Assembly (NCBI GenBank): GCA_965603515.1
Contig: CBFDDH010000004.1
Coordinates: 11,929-75,928 of the forward strand
Length of the DNA: 64,000 nucleotides
Source of the DNA: an uncultured bacterium
GTDB lineage: Bacteria; Hydrothermota; Tepidihabitantia; SM23-42
Direction of reading: 5' to 3'
Shown: positions 10,435 to 22,953 of the stretch, in pieces
Position numbering within the stretch: the stretch's first letter is position 1
Layout: each line of letters begins with the position of its first letter
Translations under genes and position numbers: made by a program
Notes under the pieces: model-generated
The model's database searches: none
Seen by the model: the letters and a program-made list of their open reading frames with translations, nothing else
What the model was told of the DNA's origin: nothing

Positions 10435-11201
10435 TCGAAGAGACAGTTATTTCAAAAGCGATCATTGAAACCTATCTCAAGGAATTACTCAACTCAGTTG
10501 AAAGCGATGTTATAATCGGTGGTGCTGGACCAGCTGGACTATGTGCTGGCTATTATCTCGCCCAGAAGGGCGTTAAAACTCTACTTTTTGAACGAGGACT
10601 CAAGCTTGGCGGTGGTTTACCAGGCGGCGGTATCATGTTTAACCGAATCGTGGTACAAGATACGGCAAAGTCTATGCTCGATGAATTCGGTATTAGTTAC
10701 CAAGAATACCAACCCGGCTATTACGTCGCCAATTCATTAGAAACAACCGCATGTTTAACCAATAAAGCAATAAAGGCAGGTCTTCGGATCTATAATCTGA
10801 TCTCTATTGAAGATGTCATTGTCCATGAAAAGAGTGTGAATGGAGTAGTGATCAACTGGTCGAGTGTTGAATTGGCAAAGCTTCACATCGACCCGTTATC
10901 TTTCAAGTCCAAGATAGTGATCGATGCAACTGGTCACCCGTGCGAGATAGCTCATATAGTCGAAAGGAAAAGTGGCGGTAAACTGCTCACCCCCTCAGGA
11001 AAGATCGAGGGTGAAAAGTCCATGTGGGCAGAGGTTGCTGAACAATTAACTATGGAAAATACCAAGGAGGTCTTTCCAAATCTATATGTTGCTGGCATGG
11101 CAGCAAACGCCGTGTTCGGCGGGCCAAGGATGGGACCGATTTTTGGCGGCATGCTATTATCAGGTAAAAAAGTCGCTGAAATAGTGATTAATAGGCTTTG
11201 A
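10431..11201 (+). CDS. thi4: thiazole biosynthesis protein Thi4 family (sulfide-dependent type)
   Basis: GGAGPAGL dinucleotide-binding motif; length and overall sequence typical of Thi4/ribose-1,5-bisphosphate-isomerase-like thiazole synthases. ATGA overlap with the upstream gene. Confidence 0.75.
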   Translation: MIEETVISKAIIETYLKELLNSVESDVIIGGAGPAGLCAGYYLAQKGVKTLLFERGLKLGGGLPGGGIMFNRIVVQDTAKSMLDEFGISYQEYQPGYYVANSLETTACLTNKAIKAGLRIYNLISIEDVIVHEKSVNGVVINWSSVELAKLHIDPLSFKSKIVIDATGHPCEIAHIVERKSGGKLLTPSGKIEGEKSMWAEVAEQLTMENTKEVFPNLYVAGMAANAVFGGPRMGPIFGGMLLSGKKVAEIVINRL

Positions 11202-11413
11202 ATCCAGGACGAGCCTAAAGGCTCTACTCCGTTAATATGAAGTTGGGAAGATACGAGAATAAGAAGAAAAAGGGGAACTAGAAAGTCTGGGGCTGACGAG
11301 CCTAAAGGCTCTACTCCCATATGGAATAGGGATCAATAGCAAAAAGGAGTAGGGCGTTCCTCTCGGTTTCGAGTCTCGAATCTCGAGGCGAGAAGTACGT
11401 CCGTTAAGAAAAC

Positions 11414-12649
11414 GTGTTACATTCAACTACACCAACCAAATTAAAAGAAAAGCGGGGAGTAACAAAGTATTTTGAAAACCTAGGATTGTTTTCAAGGAAT
11501 GCCCGGTTATTTCTTGTGGGGACATTTTTTATGGGTATGGGTTTTTCTGGTTTTATGTTGCTTTTCAACCTCTACCTTAAAGAAATGGGCTTTCTTGAAA
11601 GTCGAATCGGCAACATAATAACTGCAACAACGCTGGGTACAGTTATAATGGCATTGCCTGCTTCAGTATTGATCAGAAAGGTCCCAATAAAACGTCTCCT
11701 CTTAATTGCCACACCGATTGCAACATTCTCTTACCTAATTCAACTAAGTGTATCAACGTATCATTTGATTATCGCCGGTGGGTTTATGGCTGGTTTAGCT
11801 GCAGTTTTCTCAAGGGTTGCCTCCGGGCCATTTTTCATGCGCAATAGCACCCAAAAAGAAAGACCTTATCTGTTCAGCATGCAGTTCGCACTCTGGCTTG
11901 TTGCCGGCATCATCGGTAGTCTCTTAGCTGGTTTTCTCCCAGGCATTATTGAGCGTTCAGGTACTGTATCCTATCTTGCATACAGATACACATTGTATAT
12001 TTTTGCCTGTTTGGTGTTGGTCGCACTATTACCCTATTCAATGATCAAAGAAATGCCCGTAGGTAAAGTAGATAAAATGAAAATTCACTCGTGGCGGCTT
12101 ATTCTAAAATTATTTTTGCCTGGTTTGACCGTTGGCATTGGAGCAGGGTTAAGTATCCCTTTTCTAAATCTTTATTTTAAGAACGTATTCCAGACCGCAA
12201 CCAGCTACATCGGCATACTCTATAGTGGCCAACAGTTTCTTATGATAACAGGTCTGCTCATTGCACCAGTCATTGCAGAAAAAATTGGTAAGATAAGGAC
12301 CGTTGTCGTTTCACAGTTAGTATCAATACCTTTTTTAGTGGTTCTGGGGCTAACAACTAATTTTGTCTTAGCTATTATAGCATTCCTTGTCAGGGCAGCA
12401 CTAATGAATATGGCACAGCCTTTATTCACCAACTTCGCAATGGAAAGAGTGAAACACGACGAGCAAGCGTTTACAAATGCTTTGCTTGTAATAGCCTGGA
12501 CTGCAGGGTGGGGAGCTAGCGCCAGTGTAGGCGGGTTTCTCATTGAGCGTTTTTCTTACACAATACCCTTTTTATCGACAAGCGTGCTTTATTTGATTTC
12601 GACAGTAATAATATTTGCTTTTTTCAGAAAGGAAGCGGTAGTATCCTAA
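11414..12649 (+). CDS. MFS transporter
   Basis: About 12 predicted TM helices; MFS-like loop motifs. Confidence 0.7.
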   Translation: MLHSTTPTKLKEKRGVTKYFENLGLFSRNARLFLVGTFFMGMGFSGFMLLFNLYLKEMGFLESRIGNIITATTLGTVIMALPASVLIRKVPIKRLLLIATPIATFSYLIQLSVSTYHLIIAGGFMAGLAAVFSRVASGPFFMRNSTQKERPYLFSMQFALWLVAGIIGSLLAGFLPGIIERSGTVSYLAYRYTLYIFACLVLVALLPYSMIKEMPVGKVDKMKIHSWRLILKLFLPGLTVGIGAGLSIPFLNLYFKNVFQTATSYIGILYSGQQFLMITGLLIAPVIAEKIGKIRTVVVSQLVSIPFLVVLGLTTNFVLAIIAFLVRAALMNMAQPLFTNFAMERVKHDEQAFTNALLVIAWTAGWGASASVGGFLIERFSYTIPFLSTSVLYLISTVIIFAFFRKEAVVS

Positions 12650-12742
12650 TTCCTCGTTCCCTCTCCTCTGACGGGAGAAGGTGAGAGGGAATACTCTACA
12701 CATGAGATTACCACGCCGTCTTCGACGGACTCGTAATGACCA

Positions 12743-12770
12743 AAGGAAAAATGTCATTGCGAGCGTAAGC
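12743..12770 (+). repeat. GTCATTGCGAG...GCAATCT palindromic repeat (copy a)
   Basis: gtcattgcgagcgtaagcgaagcaatct, intergenic between the MFS transporter and the S9 peptidase genes. Confidence 0.6.
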
Positions 12771-12950
12771 GAAGCAATCTGGTACACGATGTTATGTCCA
12801 GTACATATTTGAGATTGAGAAGCTTGTTCCGGACGCGGTGAGGAATCTCGCTCCCCGCCCCGTTAAATAAACTTACAAGAAAATATTTAGCCATTCCTGG
12901 AATCGCTATTTAACGGGGCGAGCAATGACAATATGAAAAAATGTGATTTG

Positions 12951-15506
12951 CTATTTCTTTATATAACTCAAGCTCTTATCAAATTTCCAGTCTTTATCAA
13001 AAAAACCTGCTGCTTTTACACCACCCCATCCGTATTTCAATACCGCCTTATCATAAACAAGAAAATCAGGTAAACCGGCACCCGCGTAAAGCGTGGAAAA
13101 CAAACCGATCAATTTCTCTGCCCGTTTTGTGGTTGCTGAATATAATAAGACGAATTTCTCAGGGGCTAGAGGGTTGGAATATATTTCTACCAAACAGAGA
13201 TCCCCTCTTATTGTATCTCTATCAACAATTACTCTACCTTCTTCAATATGAAGAGGTAATCTGTAGCTAATCCACTTGAGGATAGAGTTAGTTACAGAAT
13301 TCCCAAAGACAACAAGGTTATTGGTTTTGATGATCTTTTCCGTGACTTCTGTGTCAGGCAGTACCTCAACAAATCCATTTGCCCGGTACCACCAGGTATA
13401 GGACTGTAATCGCGCCTGATGCAGATTGTTCTCGGTTGATTTTGAATCACCGAGAGTTCCGTAAATAAGAACAAAAGGCTCAAAGTATGCTTTTTTTATA
13501 GGGCCATAACATCCTGCGTTCTTTCCAGAATGAGATCGGGTTGCCCAGAAAAATCCGTCACCATCTCTTTTAAAGGAAAGTTCACACGGTTCTCTATATT
13601 CAAACGTGAGGTGCTGATCATTTATAAAAAGATTGACAATACCGGGTGATATAAAATCGTCATTTAAAATCAGGGTAAAGGTGTTTACATTTGTTTCATT
13701 CACGATGATCTTGCACGTATCGGTTTGCTTCAATAATCCATCATTCTCAAGTTTTTTCTGTGCGACAAGTTCAATTTCAATCAAACCATCGTAATAAATA
13801 CTGTTGAGTTCATCGATCCTCACCCAGTATGCCTTATTTGAATGATCAATATTTGAGGTTTTAAATATCACTTTTTCAGGGTAGGGATTGCGCACCTTGC
13901 TCTTCAGAAAATCCATAAGCTCTTTTGAGTCCACACAGTCAGTACCTGGTGTGGAATCTATATTCCACCAGTGACCTTTACCTTCAACCTCGTTGTATTC
14001 ATAGTTATAGCCAAGATTGGTCAGGTATTTGCAGAACATCCTTGCCTGGATCGGTGGAACATTATCATCTGCACCCCCCTGTAAAAGATATATCGGTAGA
14101 TTGAGCGCGTTTTCCAAGAATAAAAGCGGATTGTCTTGTCGCAATACCATATCGCGATACTTTATCAGATCCGGATGCGCAAAGAGCTCACTTTTCTGAA
14201 GAAACCATGGGACATAGAGTTGAAAGCTCGTCCATCCAGCAGAAGGCGCCATTGCCGCGAAGATATCTGGATGGGTCATGCCGATATGCCAGGCACCATG
14301 ACCACCCATAGAATGTCCAGTAAGATAGATTCGGTTAGTATCAATCTTAAAATTCTTCTTTATCTCTTCTAAAACCTCAAGAAAATCGAGTCTGCCCCAG
14401 TCCTGCCAGTCAAAACCAAACCTGCGGCGATTGGTCGGCGCAACGACAAAAGCCCAATCTTTTTGTGTATACGCTTTCACCTGACCTCTTGCCTTAACAC
14501 CAGCTCCATGACAAGTCATTATGAGAGCATAAGATGTGTCTTCATTATAGTTTTCTGGTGGTAGAATCGCATAGTATTGACATGAATTATCGATTCGAGA
14601 AATAAAGGTCTTAGCATATGCCTCATCTCTGTTTTTCACTTTAATCCAGAAATCTTCTTGTGTAGAAAAAGTGTCAAAGGAAGCCGTTATAGTTATCAAA
14701 ATACTATCCTCTTCTGTTTCTATTTTAGCTTCTGATCCAATGTTTAATGGTATTTTAATTGCTGAAAAGGGCATTATATTGGTGATCGTCTGTGTTTGTA
14801 TTTTAATATTCACACCTGCTATTTTGAGTTCGATATCAGACATATGCTGGTTTGTCGCATTAACGATCGGTATTCCCAACCAGACACTGGCAGATTCACC
14901 CCTTACAAAATCTGGGGCAGTGATATCTTTGGTTATCACCATTAAAGGATCTGGTACTGGGATAATTCTAAATGTAAACTTGTGGTCCCCAAAACCACTG
15001 AGTTTTACTATCACCCTGTTCTTCCCTTTCTTTAGAAGAACCGGGACCTGTAAGAATCCATCGCCATACCGATCACCAGGGAGATTCACGCCATTTAAGA
15101 TAAACGAAGAGACCTTTTTTGCGATAACCAATGCCCGTCTCGTGCTGTCATTAGTAAACTCACCGTAGGCATAAGCGCCGCAAAGAACTCCAGCCGCGCC
15201 ATAATAATCTTGAATAGTATCCCATAAAACATTTTCGTATTCAATCTTAACTTCACCATTATCAGATTCTATTGTTTGCCACGCGACTTCACCATCCTGC
15301 ACGAGAAGACTCGGATATATCGCCTTTTTATCTGGCTCAAAATCCTCAAGAAGTCTAATGTTTTCCTCAACGCCGATGATCCCCTCTCTCATCCCTATTG
15401 AAAAAGGACCCAGGTATTGCCACTGGTGTATTGTAATCGTATCGTTAACACAAGGGATAAAAGAGAACTTACCTACAAAAAGCAGGAAAATAATATAATA
15501 ATTCAT
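12951..15506 (-). CDS. secreted S9-family (prolyl oligopeptidase-like) alpha/beta-hydrolase peptidase with large N-terminal beta domain
   Basis: Signal peptide. C-terminal catalytic region with GHSMGGHGA nucleophile-elbow motif plus downstream Asp/His (LQGGADDNVPP...GHWW). Confidence 0.7.
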   Translation of the reverse strand: MNYYIIFLLFVGKFSFIPCVNDTITIHQWQYLGPFSIGMREGIIGVEENIRLLEDFEPDKKAIYPSLLVQDGEVAWQTIESDNGEVKIEYENVLWDTIQDYYGAAGVLCGAYAYGEFTNDSTRRALVIAKKVSSFILNGVNLPGDRYGDGFLQVPVLLKKGKNRVIVKLSGFGDHKFTFRIIPVPDPLMVITKDITAPDFVRGESASVWLGIPIVNATNQHMSDIELKIAGVNIKIQTQTITNIMPFSAIKIPLNIGSEAKIETEEDSILITITASFDTFSTQEDFWIKVKNRDEAYAKTFISRIDNSCQYYAILPPENYNEDTSYALIMTCHGAGVKARGQVKAYTQKDWAFVVAPTNRRRFGFDWQDWGRLDFLEVLEEIKKNFKIDTNRIYLTGHSMGGHGAWHIGMTHPDIFAAMAPSAGWTSFQLYVPWFLQKSELFAHPDLIKYRDMVLRQDNPLLFLENALNLPIYLLQGGADDNVPPIQARMFCKYLTNLGYNYEYNEVEGKGHWWNIDSTPGTDCVDSKELMDFLKSKVRNPYPEKVIFKTSNIDHSNKAYWVRIDELNSIYYDGLIEIELVAQKKLENDGLLKQTDTCKIIVNETNVNTFTLILNDDFISPGIVNLFINDQHLTFEYREPCELSFKRDGDGFFWATRSHSGKNAGCYGPIKKAYFEPFVLIYGTLGDSKSTENNLHQARLQSYTWWYRANGFVEVLPDTEVTEKIIKTNNLVVFGNSVTNSILKWISYRLPLHIEEGRVIVDRDTIRGDLCLVEIYSNPLAPEKFVLLYSATTKRAEKLIGLFSTLYAGAGLPDFLVYDKAVLKYGWGGVKAAGFFDKDWKFDKSLSYIKK

Positions 15507-15564
15507 ATGACTGTATAATGATTATAATTAGCGCTTGTATCAAGTCAATACTAATAACAGAAAC

Positions 15565-15716
15565 TTGGACACATCTTTATCCCTTGATTTTGAATTCACC
15601 AAATGAATTCCTCTCCTTTGTCCTCTCCTCAGAGAGGAGAGGAAAGTGACCAATTAATACACCCTCTCCCTTTTCAAGGGAGAGGGCAGGGGCGAGGGTT
15701 TCCTAAAATGTCTATT
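15565..15716 (+). repeat. ~150-bp hairpin-containing intergenic repeat element, copy 1 (inverted partner at 52305..52456)
   Basis: ttggacacatctttatcccttgattttgaatt...cctctcctcagagaggagagg...ccctctcccttttcaagggagaggg...gggtttcctaaaatgtcta aligns at ~88% identity with the reverse complement of 52305..52456. Confidence 0.8.
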
Positions 15717-15905
15717 AAACAATCTGTCCAAGTTTCTGTGATAAGGTTGTCCAATAACTATGCTGTCTATTGAAGTAGAGCCTTTAGCCAATGGGGAAAG
15801 ATGAAGTTAAGAGACTACGAACTTCGAGATATCCTCGGTCGTTTGACTATTAAGTCTTGACTTAGATGTATTTTTTTGCTAACATTCTTATAGGTGGAGG
15901 TGAGT

Positions 15906-18683
15906 ATGAGAAAATGCTTTGTAGGACTTTGCTTATCCTTTTGTTTTGTAATGGCGTCGAATACAGGACAAATAAAAGGTAAAGTGATTGATCAAGACGG
16001 CGAAGCTCTAATTGGTGTGAATGTCGTCATTGAAAAAACAGAAATGGGTGCGGCCACTGATTTGGAGGGCGAATTCATCGTGCCTTTTGTGCCCGTGGGT
16101 ATTCATACAATAACCGCGTCATATCTTGGCTATAATACTGTATCGCAGATCAATGTCGTCGTAGTTTCTGGCCAGACAGTTTTGGTTAAATTTACGTTGA
16201 CCACTGCGGTGATTACCATGGAACCAATAGTTGTTAATGCGGAAAAACCGCTGGTCATTAAAACGCAAACCCAAACGCAAAGGGCCATAACTGGTGAGGA
16301 AATTGATATGATGCCGATAAGCGACATCAATGAAATTATCACACTGCAAGCAGGTGTATCAACCAGCGAGAGAGGAATTCATGTCAGGGGCGGCAGGGAT
16401 ACGGAAATCGCCTACTACATTGATGGGATACTCACGAAGTCACCACACTATGGTCATCAGTCCGTGAAGATAAACAAACAGGCAGTTGAAGAAATTGCAA
16501 TAACTACTGGGGGCTTTGATGCAGAATATGGCGAAGCTCTTTCAGGGATCGTCAGTATCGTAACACGTGAAGGTTCTGCAAAACCAAGTGGCAGATTCCG
16601 TTATACAACCGACGAGATATTCGTATCGGATAAGCTAAACTACGGGTATAACCTTTATGAAATAAGTCTCGGTGGTGGCGCACTAAACAAATCCCGCATT
16701 AGGTATTTTATCTCTGGTGAAGCATTAATAACTGATGCATTTGAAGCGGCGAAATACAGGATCTGTTCTGAAAGATTCGACTACAAGTTAGACGGGAAAC
16801 TGTCCTATCGCTTGCCTGGTGCAAAAGGCAAGGTTACTTTTTCTGGATTTTATTCCCGTGAACAGTTTGCACATTATAAAGATATCTGGGGAGACCTCAG
16901 TTTCATATATAATCTTGATAATAATACCTCGGAAACCCTGAAAAACCATCTTGCCAGTGTAACTTTCAATTATATGTTAACAGAAAATACTGTTTTAGAG
17001 TCAAAAATAGGCTATACAAAATCAACGCGATTTTACGCAGTAAGAGATCTCGAAGCTGAGGCAACCGCGGATCGGAAGTGGTATGATGACTACATTTTCA
17101 AAGCCGACCACTTCCCTGAACTGTTAATGGAAACGGAAGATGCTTCCGTGGCAAAAGCTTATCTGGTTGATTCCATGATGAATCATTACGAGGAATGGAG
17201 TAAATATAATGCTGCAAGTTTAAGAAATAACCCGTTTGGCGCAACTGGTTTTTATTATACTGTAGGAGATAATAGGCTCTGGAGGTATTTGTATAGCCGT
17301 GACTATCAGGGAATTTTTTCTATCACAAAGGCTATTGCTAAAGTGCATGAGGTAAAAACCGGGCTCAGTTTGATATCTCAAAATGTGGGTTGGTTTGACA
17401 ATAACCTACCCTGGGCAAGAATCCCTTTCTGGGACATCTATGAAAAAAACCCTCTGAAAATAGCGGCTTATTTGCAGGATAGAATAGATTTTGAAGGCGT
17501 TATTTGTCGAATCGGTCTTCGATTTGACTATTTCGATTCAAAAGCAAGCGGATTGAACAACCCTTCAGACATGAACGATACAACTATGTCTTACTACCCA
17601 GCTAAATGGCGTTTTTCTCCCCGTCTTGGATTTTCAATGCCCATTACCGAGAGATCGAAACTGAGGTTCAATTATGGACATTTCTTCCAGACCCCCACAG
17701 CACACAACCTATATCGTTCAACCAACCCGGTTGTTGTTTGGTTACTGCTCCATAGATATAACTCAGTCCTTGGCAACCCTGATCTTACTGTTGAGAAAAC
17801 AATTGCTTATGAATTAGGTTATGAGAATCAGATATCTGACGCCTTTGCCTTTGGGTTTGTCTCATATTACAAAGATATCTATGACCTCATCCAAACACGC
17901 AGGATACTGTCCCAGCCCTATCCTTATTATCAAGTAATGAATGTCGACTATGGCAATGTGAAAGGCTTTGAATTCACTATTAAAAAAAGACTCCTGGATT
18001 ACTGGCGTTTTGACCTATCCTACACGCTACAATTTGCCAGAGGTACAGCCTCTTATGCATGGGAACACTATTATGATGTTTATGTCGGCGGTCCAGATCC
18101 AAGAACGGGCGAATATGCTTTACCACGAATTGATTTCTGGTTGGCCTTTGATGAACGACATATAGTGAATTCAAGCTTCGGTATTAAACTCCCTGATGAT
18201 TTCTTTCTCAGACCACTGAAGGATTTTTCCACAGATTTCATAATCTCATATCATTCAGGATTCCCTTATACGCCTACAGATTCAAAAGGTAGGGCTCTCG
18301 GTGATCAGAATTCTGCACGTCTGCCAGGATATGTTAATGTCGATGCAAATATTGTAAAGAATATATCGATTATGGGCGTAAAATTCTCTTTGTTTACTCA
18401 GATCTATAATCTGTTTGACACAGAACAAGTTGTTTCAGTCTATTCCACAACTGGCAAACCTGATGATGATGGTGGAGAGCTGTCCATACAGGTCCAGGAT
18501 TTCTCATCAATACCTCTTTCAAGCGCTTACTACACGCCTCAAGCAGACTATGACCACGATGGACTGAATTCGCCTCCAGAATTATGTGGAGAATATATAG
18601 ATGCACGTCGTGTCTTTTATAATAATCCATATAACTGGAAACAAGGATTTAGGATACGGGCAGGTATCGGATTTCAATTCTAG
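15906..18683 (+). CDS. TonB-dependent outer-membrane receptor (SusC/RagA-like) with N-terminal carboxypeptidase-regulatory-like domain
   Basis: Signal peptide. The N-terminal segment up to the plug (IKGKVIDQDGEALIGVNVVIE...) resembles a CarboxypepD_reg domain. Plug/TonB-box region and ~22-strand barrel length; C-terminal ...GIGFQF. GGAGGTG SD before ATG 15906; the track ORF starts at 15894. Confidence 0.8.
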   Translation: MRKCFVGLCLSFCFVMASNTGQIKGKVIDQDGEALIGVNVVIEKTEMGAATDLEGEFIVPFVPVGIHTITASYLGYNTVSQINVVVVSGQTVLVKFTLTTAVITMEPIVVNAEKPLVIKTQTQTQRAITGEEIDMMPISDINEIITLQAGVSTSERGIHVRGGRDTEIAYYIDGILTKSPHYGHQSVKINKQAVEEIAITTGGFDAEYGEALSGIVSIVTREGSAKPSGRFRYTTDEIFVSDKLNYGYNLYEISLGGGALNKSRIRYFISGEALITDAFEAAKYRICSERFDYKLDGKLSYRLPGAKGKVTFSGFYSREQFAHYKDIWGDLSFIYNLDNNTSETLKNHLASVTFNYMLTENTVLESKIGYTKSTRFYAVRDLEAEATADRKWYDDYIFKADHFPELLMETEDASVAKAYLVDSMMNHYEEWSKYNAASLRNNPFGATGFYYTVGDNRLWRYLYSRDYQGIFSITKAIAKVHEVKTGLSLISQNVGWFDNNLPWARIPFWDIYEKNPLKIAAYLQDRIDFEGVICRIGLRFDYFDSKASGLNNPSDMNDTTMSYYPAKWRFSPRLGFSMPITERSKLRFNYGHFFQTPTAHNLYRSTNPVVVWLLLHRYNSVLGNPDLTVEKTIAYELGYENQISDAFAFGFVSYYKDIYDLIQTRRILSQPYPYYQVMNVDYGNVKGFEFTIKKRLLDYWRFDLSYTLQFARGTASYAWEHYYDVYVGGPDPRTGEYALPRIDFWLAFDERHIVNSSFGIKLPDDFFLRPLKDFSTDFIISYHSGFPYTPTDSKGRALGDQNSARLPGYVNVDANIVKNISIMGVKFSLFTQIYNLFDTEQVVSVYSTTGKPDDDGGELSIQVQDFSSIPLSSAYYTPQADYDHDGLNSPPELCGEYIDARRVFYNNPYNWKQGFRIRAGIGFQF

Positions 18684-18698
18684 GAAGCGCGGATTAAA

Positions 18699-18733
18699 AA
18701 AGCCGCCGTTTTTCGACGGCGGCTTTTTTAACA
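18699..18733 (+). terminator. rho-independent terminator
   Basis: aagccgccg-tttttcga-cggcggctttttt: perfect 9-bp stem followed by T-run. Confidence 0.75.
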
Positions 18734-18784
18734 TCAATTTGTAAAGCATTGTCAATATTGCCTTTCTACAGCTTCATGATTCTT

Positions 18785-18833
18785 GTCATTGCGAGCGAAT
18801 CCCGCCAACGGGCGGGATGAGCGCGGCAATCTC
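18785..18833 (+). repeat. GTCATTGCGAG...GCAATCTC palindromic repeat unit (family copy b; inverted partial copy at 18910..18920)
   Basis: gtcattgcgagcg-[hairpin atcccgcc aac gggcgggat]-gagcgcggcaatctc. Conserved flanks shared with copies at 12743, 30791 and 34098. Confidence 0.7.
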
Positions 18834-19016
18834 GATATACCTCGAATGAACAACATCGTGTTTTCTCAACGCTTTACTTTATTTGGGAGATTGCTTTCTC
18901 ACTCCGTTTCTCGCAATGACGAATTAGTATTTCAAAAAAGTGGCAAGGAGTCATGTAAAAATCTGTGTGAATCCACTTTTCATCCGCGTAATCTTTTCGC
19001 CCTTGGCGAAAAAAAA

Positions 19017-19133
<117 letters not shown>

Positions 19134-19142
19134 AATGCTCAA

Positions 19143-19201
19143 ACTCCAAGAACCAAAACCCAAGTCCCAATTTGGAGTTTGGAATTTGGGATTTGGAACT
19201 T
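19143..19201. repeat. CCAAGAACCAA / TTTGGAACTTGG palindromic repeat (copy A, in 23S-5S spacer)
   Basis: ctccaagaaccaaaacccaagtcccaatttggagtttggaatttgggatttggaacttg. Left arm is (ccaaga/ccaaaa)-like units, right arm their inverted complement (tttggag/tttggaa). Family members at 27199 and 32944. Confidence 0.7.
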
Positions 19202-19224
19202 GTAATAAGATGGCGGAAGATCAT

Positions 19225-22270
<3,046 letters not shown>

Positions 22271-22334
22271 TTCCGCCAATACTGATAAGTTGTCAAAGAT
22301 CAGAAAATCTGTTTAAGAATTACTACTACTACAC

Positions 22335-22362
22335 ATTATATTCATAAAAGCCCCTTTGTCAA
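22335..22362 (-). promoter_or_regulatory. near-consensus sigma-70-type promoter driving the 23S-5S operon
   Basis: On the minus strand: TTGACA (+ coords 22357-22362), 16-nt spacer, TATAAT (+ coords 22335-22340), ~65 nt upstream of the 23S 5' end. No 16S or tRNA between promoter and 23S. Confidence 0.55.
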
Positions 22363-22484
22363 GGGCAAAAAAAACCCAGCAAAAGAAAGTACGAATTTAA
22401 TTTAATCCTTCGCTGTAATCTTTATAGAATCGCTGTCCCGTCTTACGGGATAATCGACGATTTATGAGGTGTTTTCACGGATCG

Positions 22485-22949
22485 TTAGAAATAAAATCGG
22501 AATCCCAACCCGCCCTCAAAATCAAAATCTGTTTCCGGAATAAAATCAACTACCGGATAAATCTCTAAGAAGACGCCAAAACGATCTATCAAATATTCAA
22601 TCCCACCACCTAATCTTAAACCAATATGAAATTCTGTATCGTCACCAGGATCAGGCTCCTTTTTAACCCGAAACCTGCCACCGATTCCCAAGTAAGGAAC
22701 AATGTTTTCAAGCGCTCGTCCTTCCTCTCCTCGAATAACTCCGGGAAAGAGGAATTGATAATCACCCGTGATATGGAAACCAACATCGCCCAGGAAAGAC
22801 CATCCCGCATTTATCTGTATTGCTGATCTTCTGGCCATGAAATATTTCCCGGTAAATCCTGTCGGGCTGCCGATGATCACACCAATACCATACCCTCCGC
22901 CAAAAAGAACACAGGGTATTAAAAACAAAAGAATGCTATATTTTTTCAT
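22485..22949 (-). CDS. small outer-membrane beta-barrel protein, hypothetical
   Basis: Signal peptide, beta-strand periodicity, terminal ...GLGFRFYF; similar pattern to 9922..10434. Confidence 0.55.
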   Translation of the reverse strand: MKKYSILLFLIPCVLFGGGYGIGVIIGSPTGFTGKYFMARRSAIQINAGWSFLGDVGFHITGDYQFLFPGVIRGEEGRALENIVPYLGIGGRFRVKKEPDPGDDTEFHIGLRLGGGIEYLIDRFGVFLEIYPVVDFIPETDFDFEGGLGFRFYF

Positions 22950-22953
22950 ATCT

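Noticed and set aside
11340-11410. tRNA-like T-loop-looking string ggtttcgagtctcgaatc upstream of the MFS gene.
   Set aside because: No cloverleaf can be built (no acceptor or anticodon arms). It is a simple palindrome.
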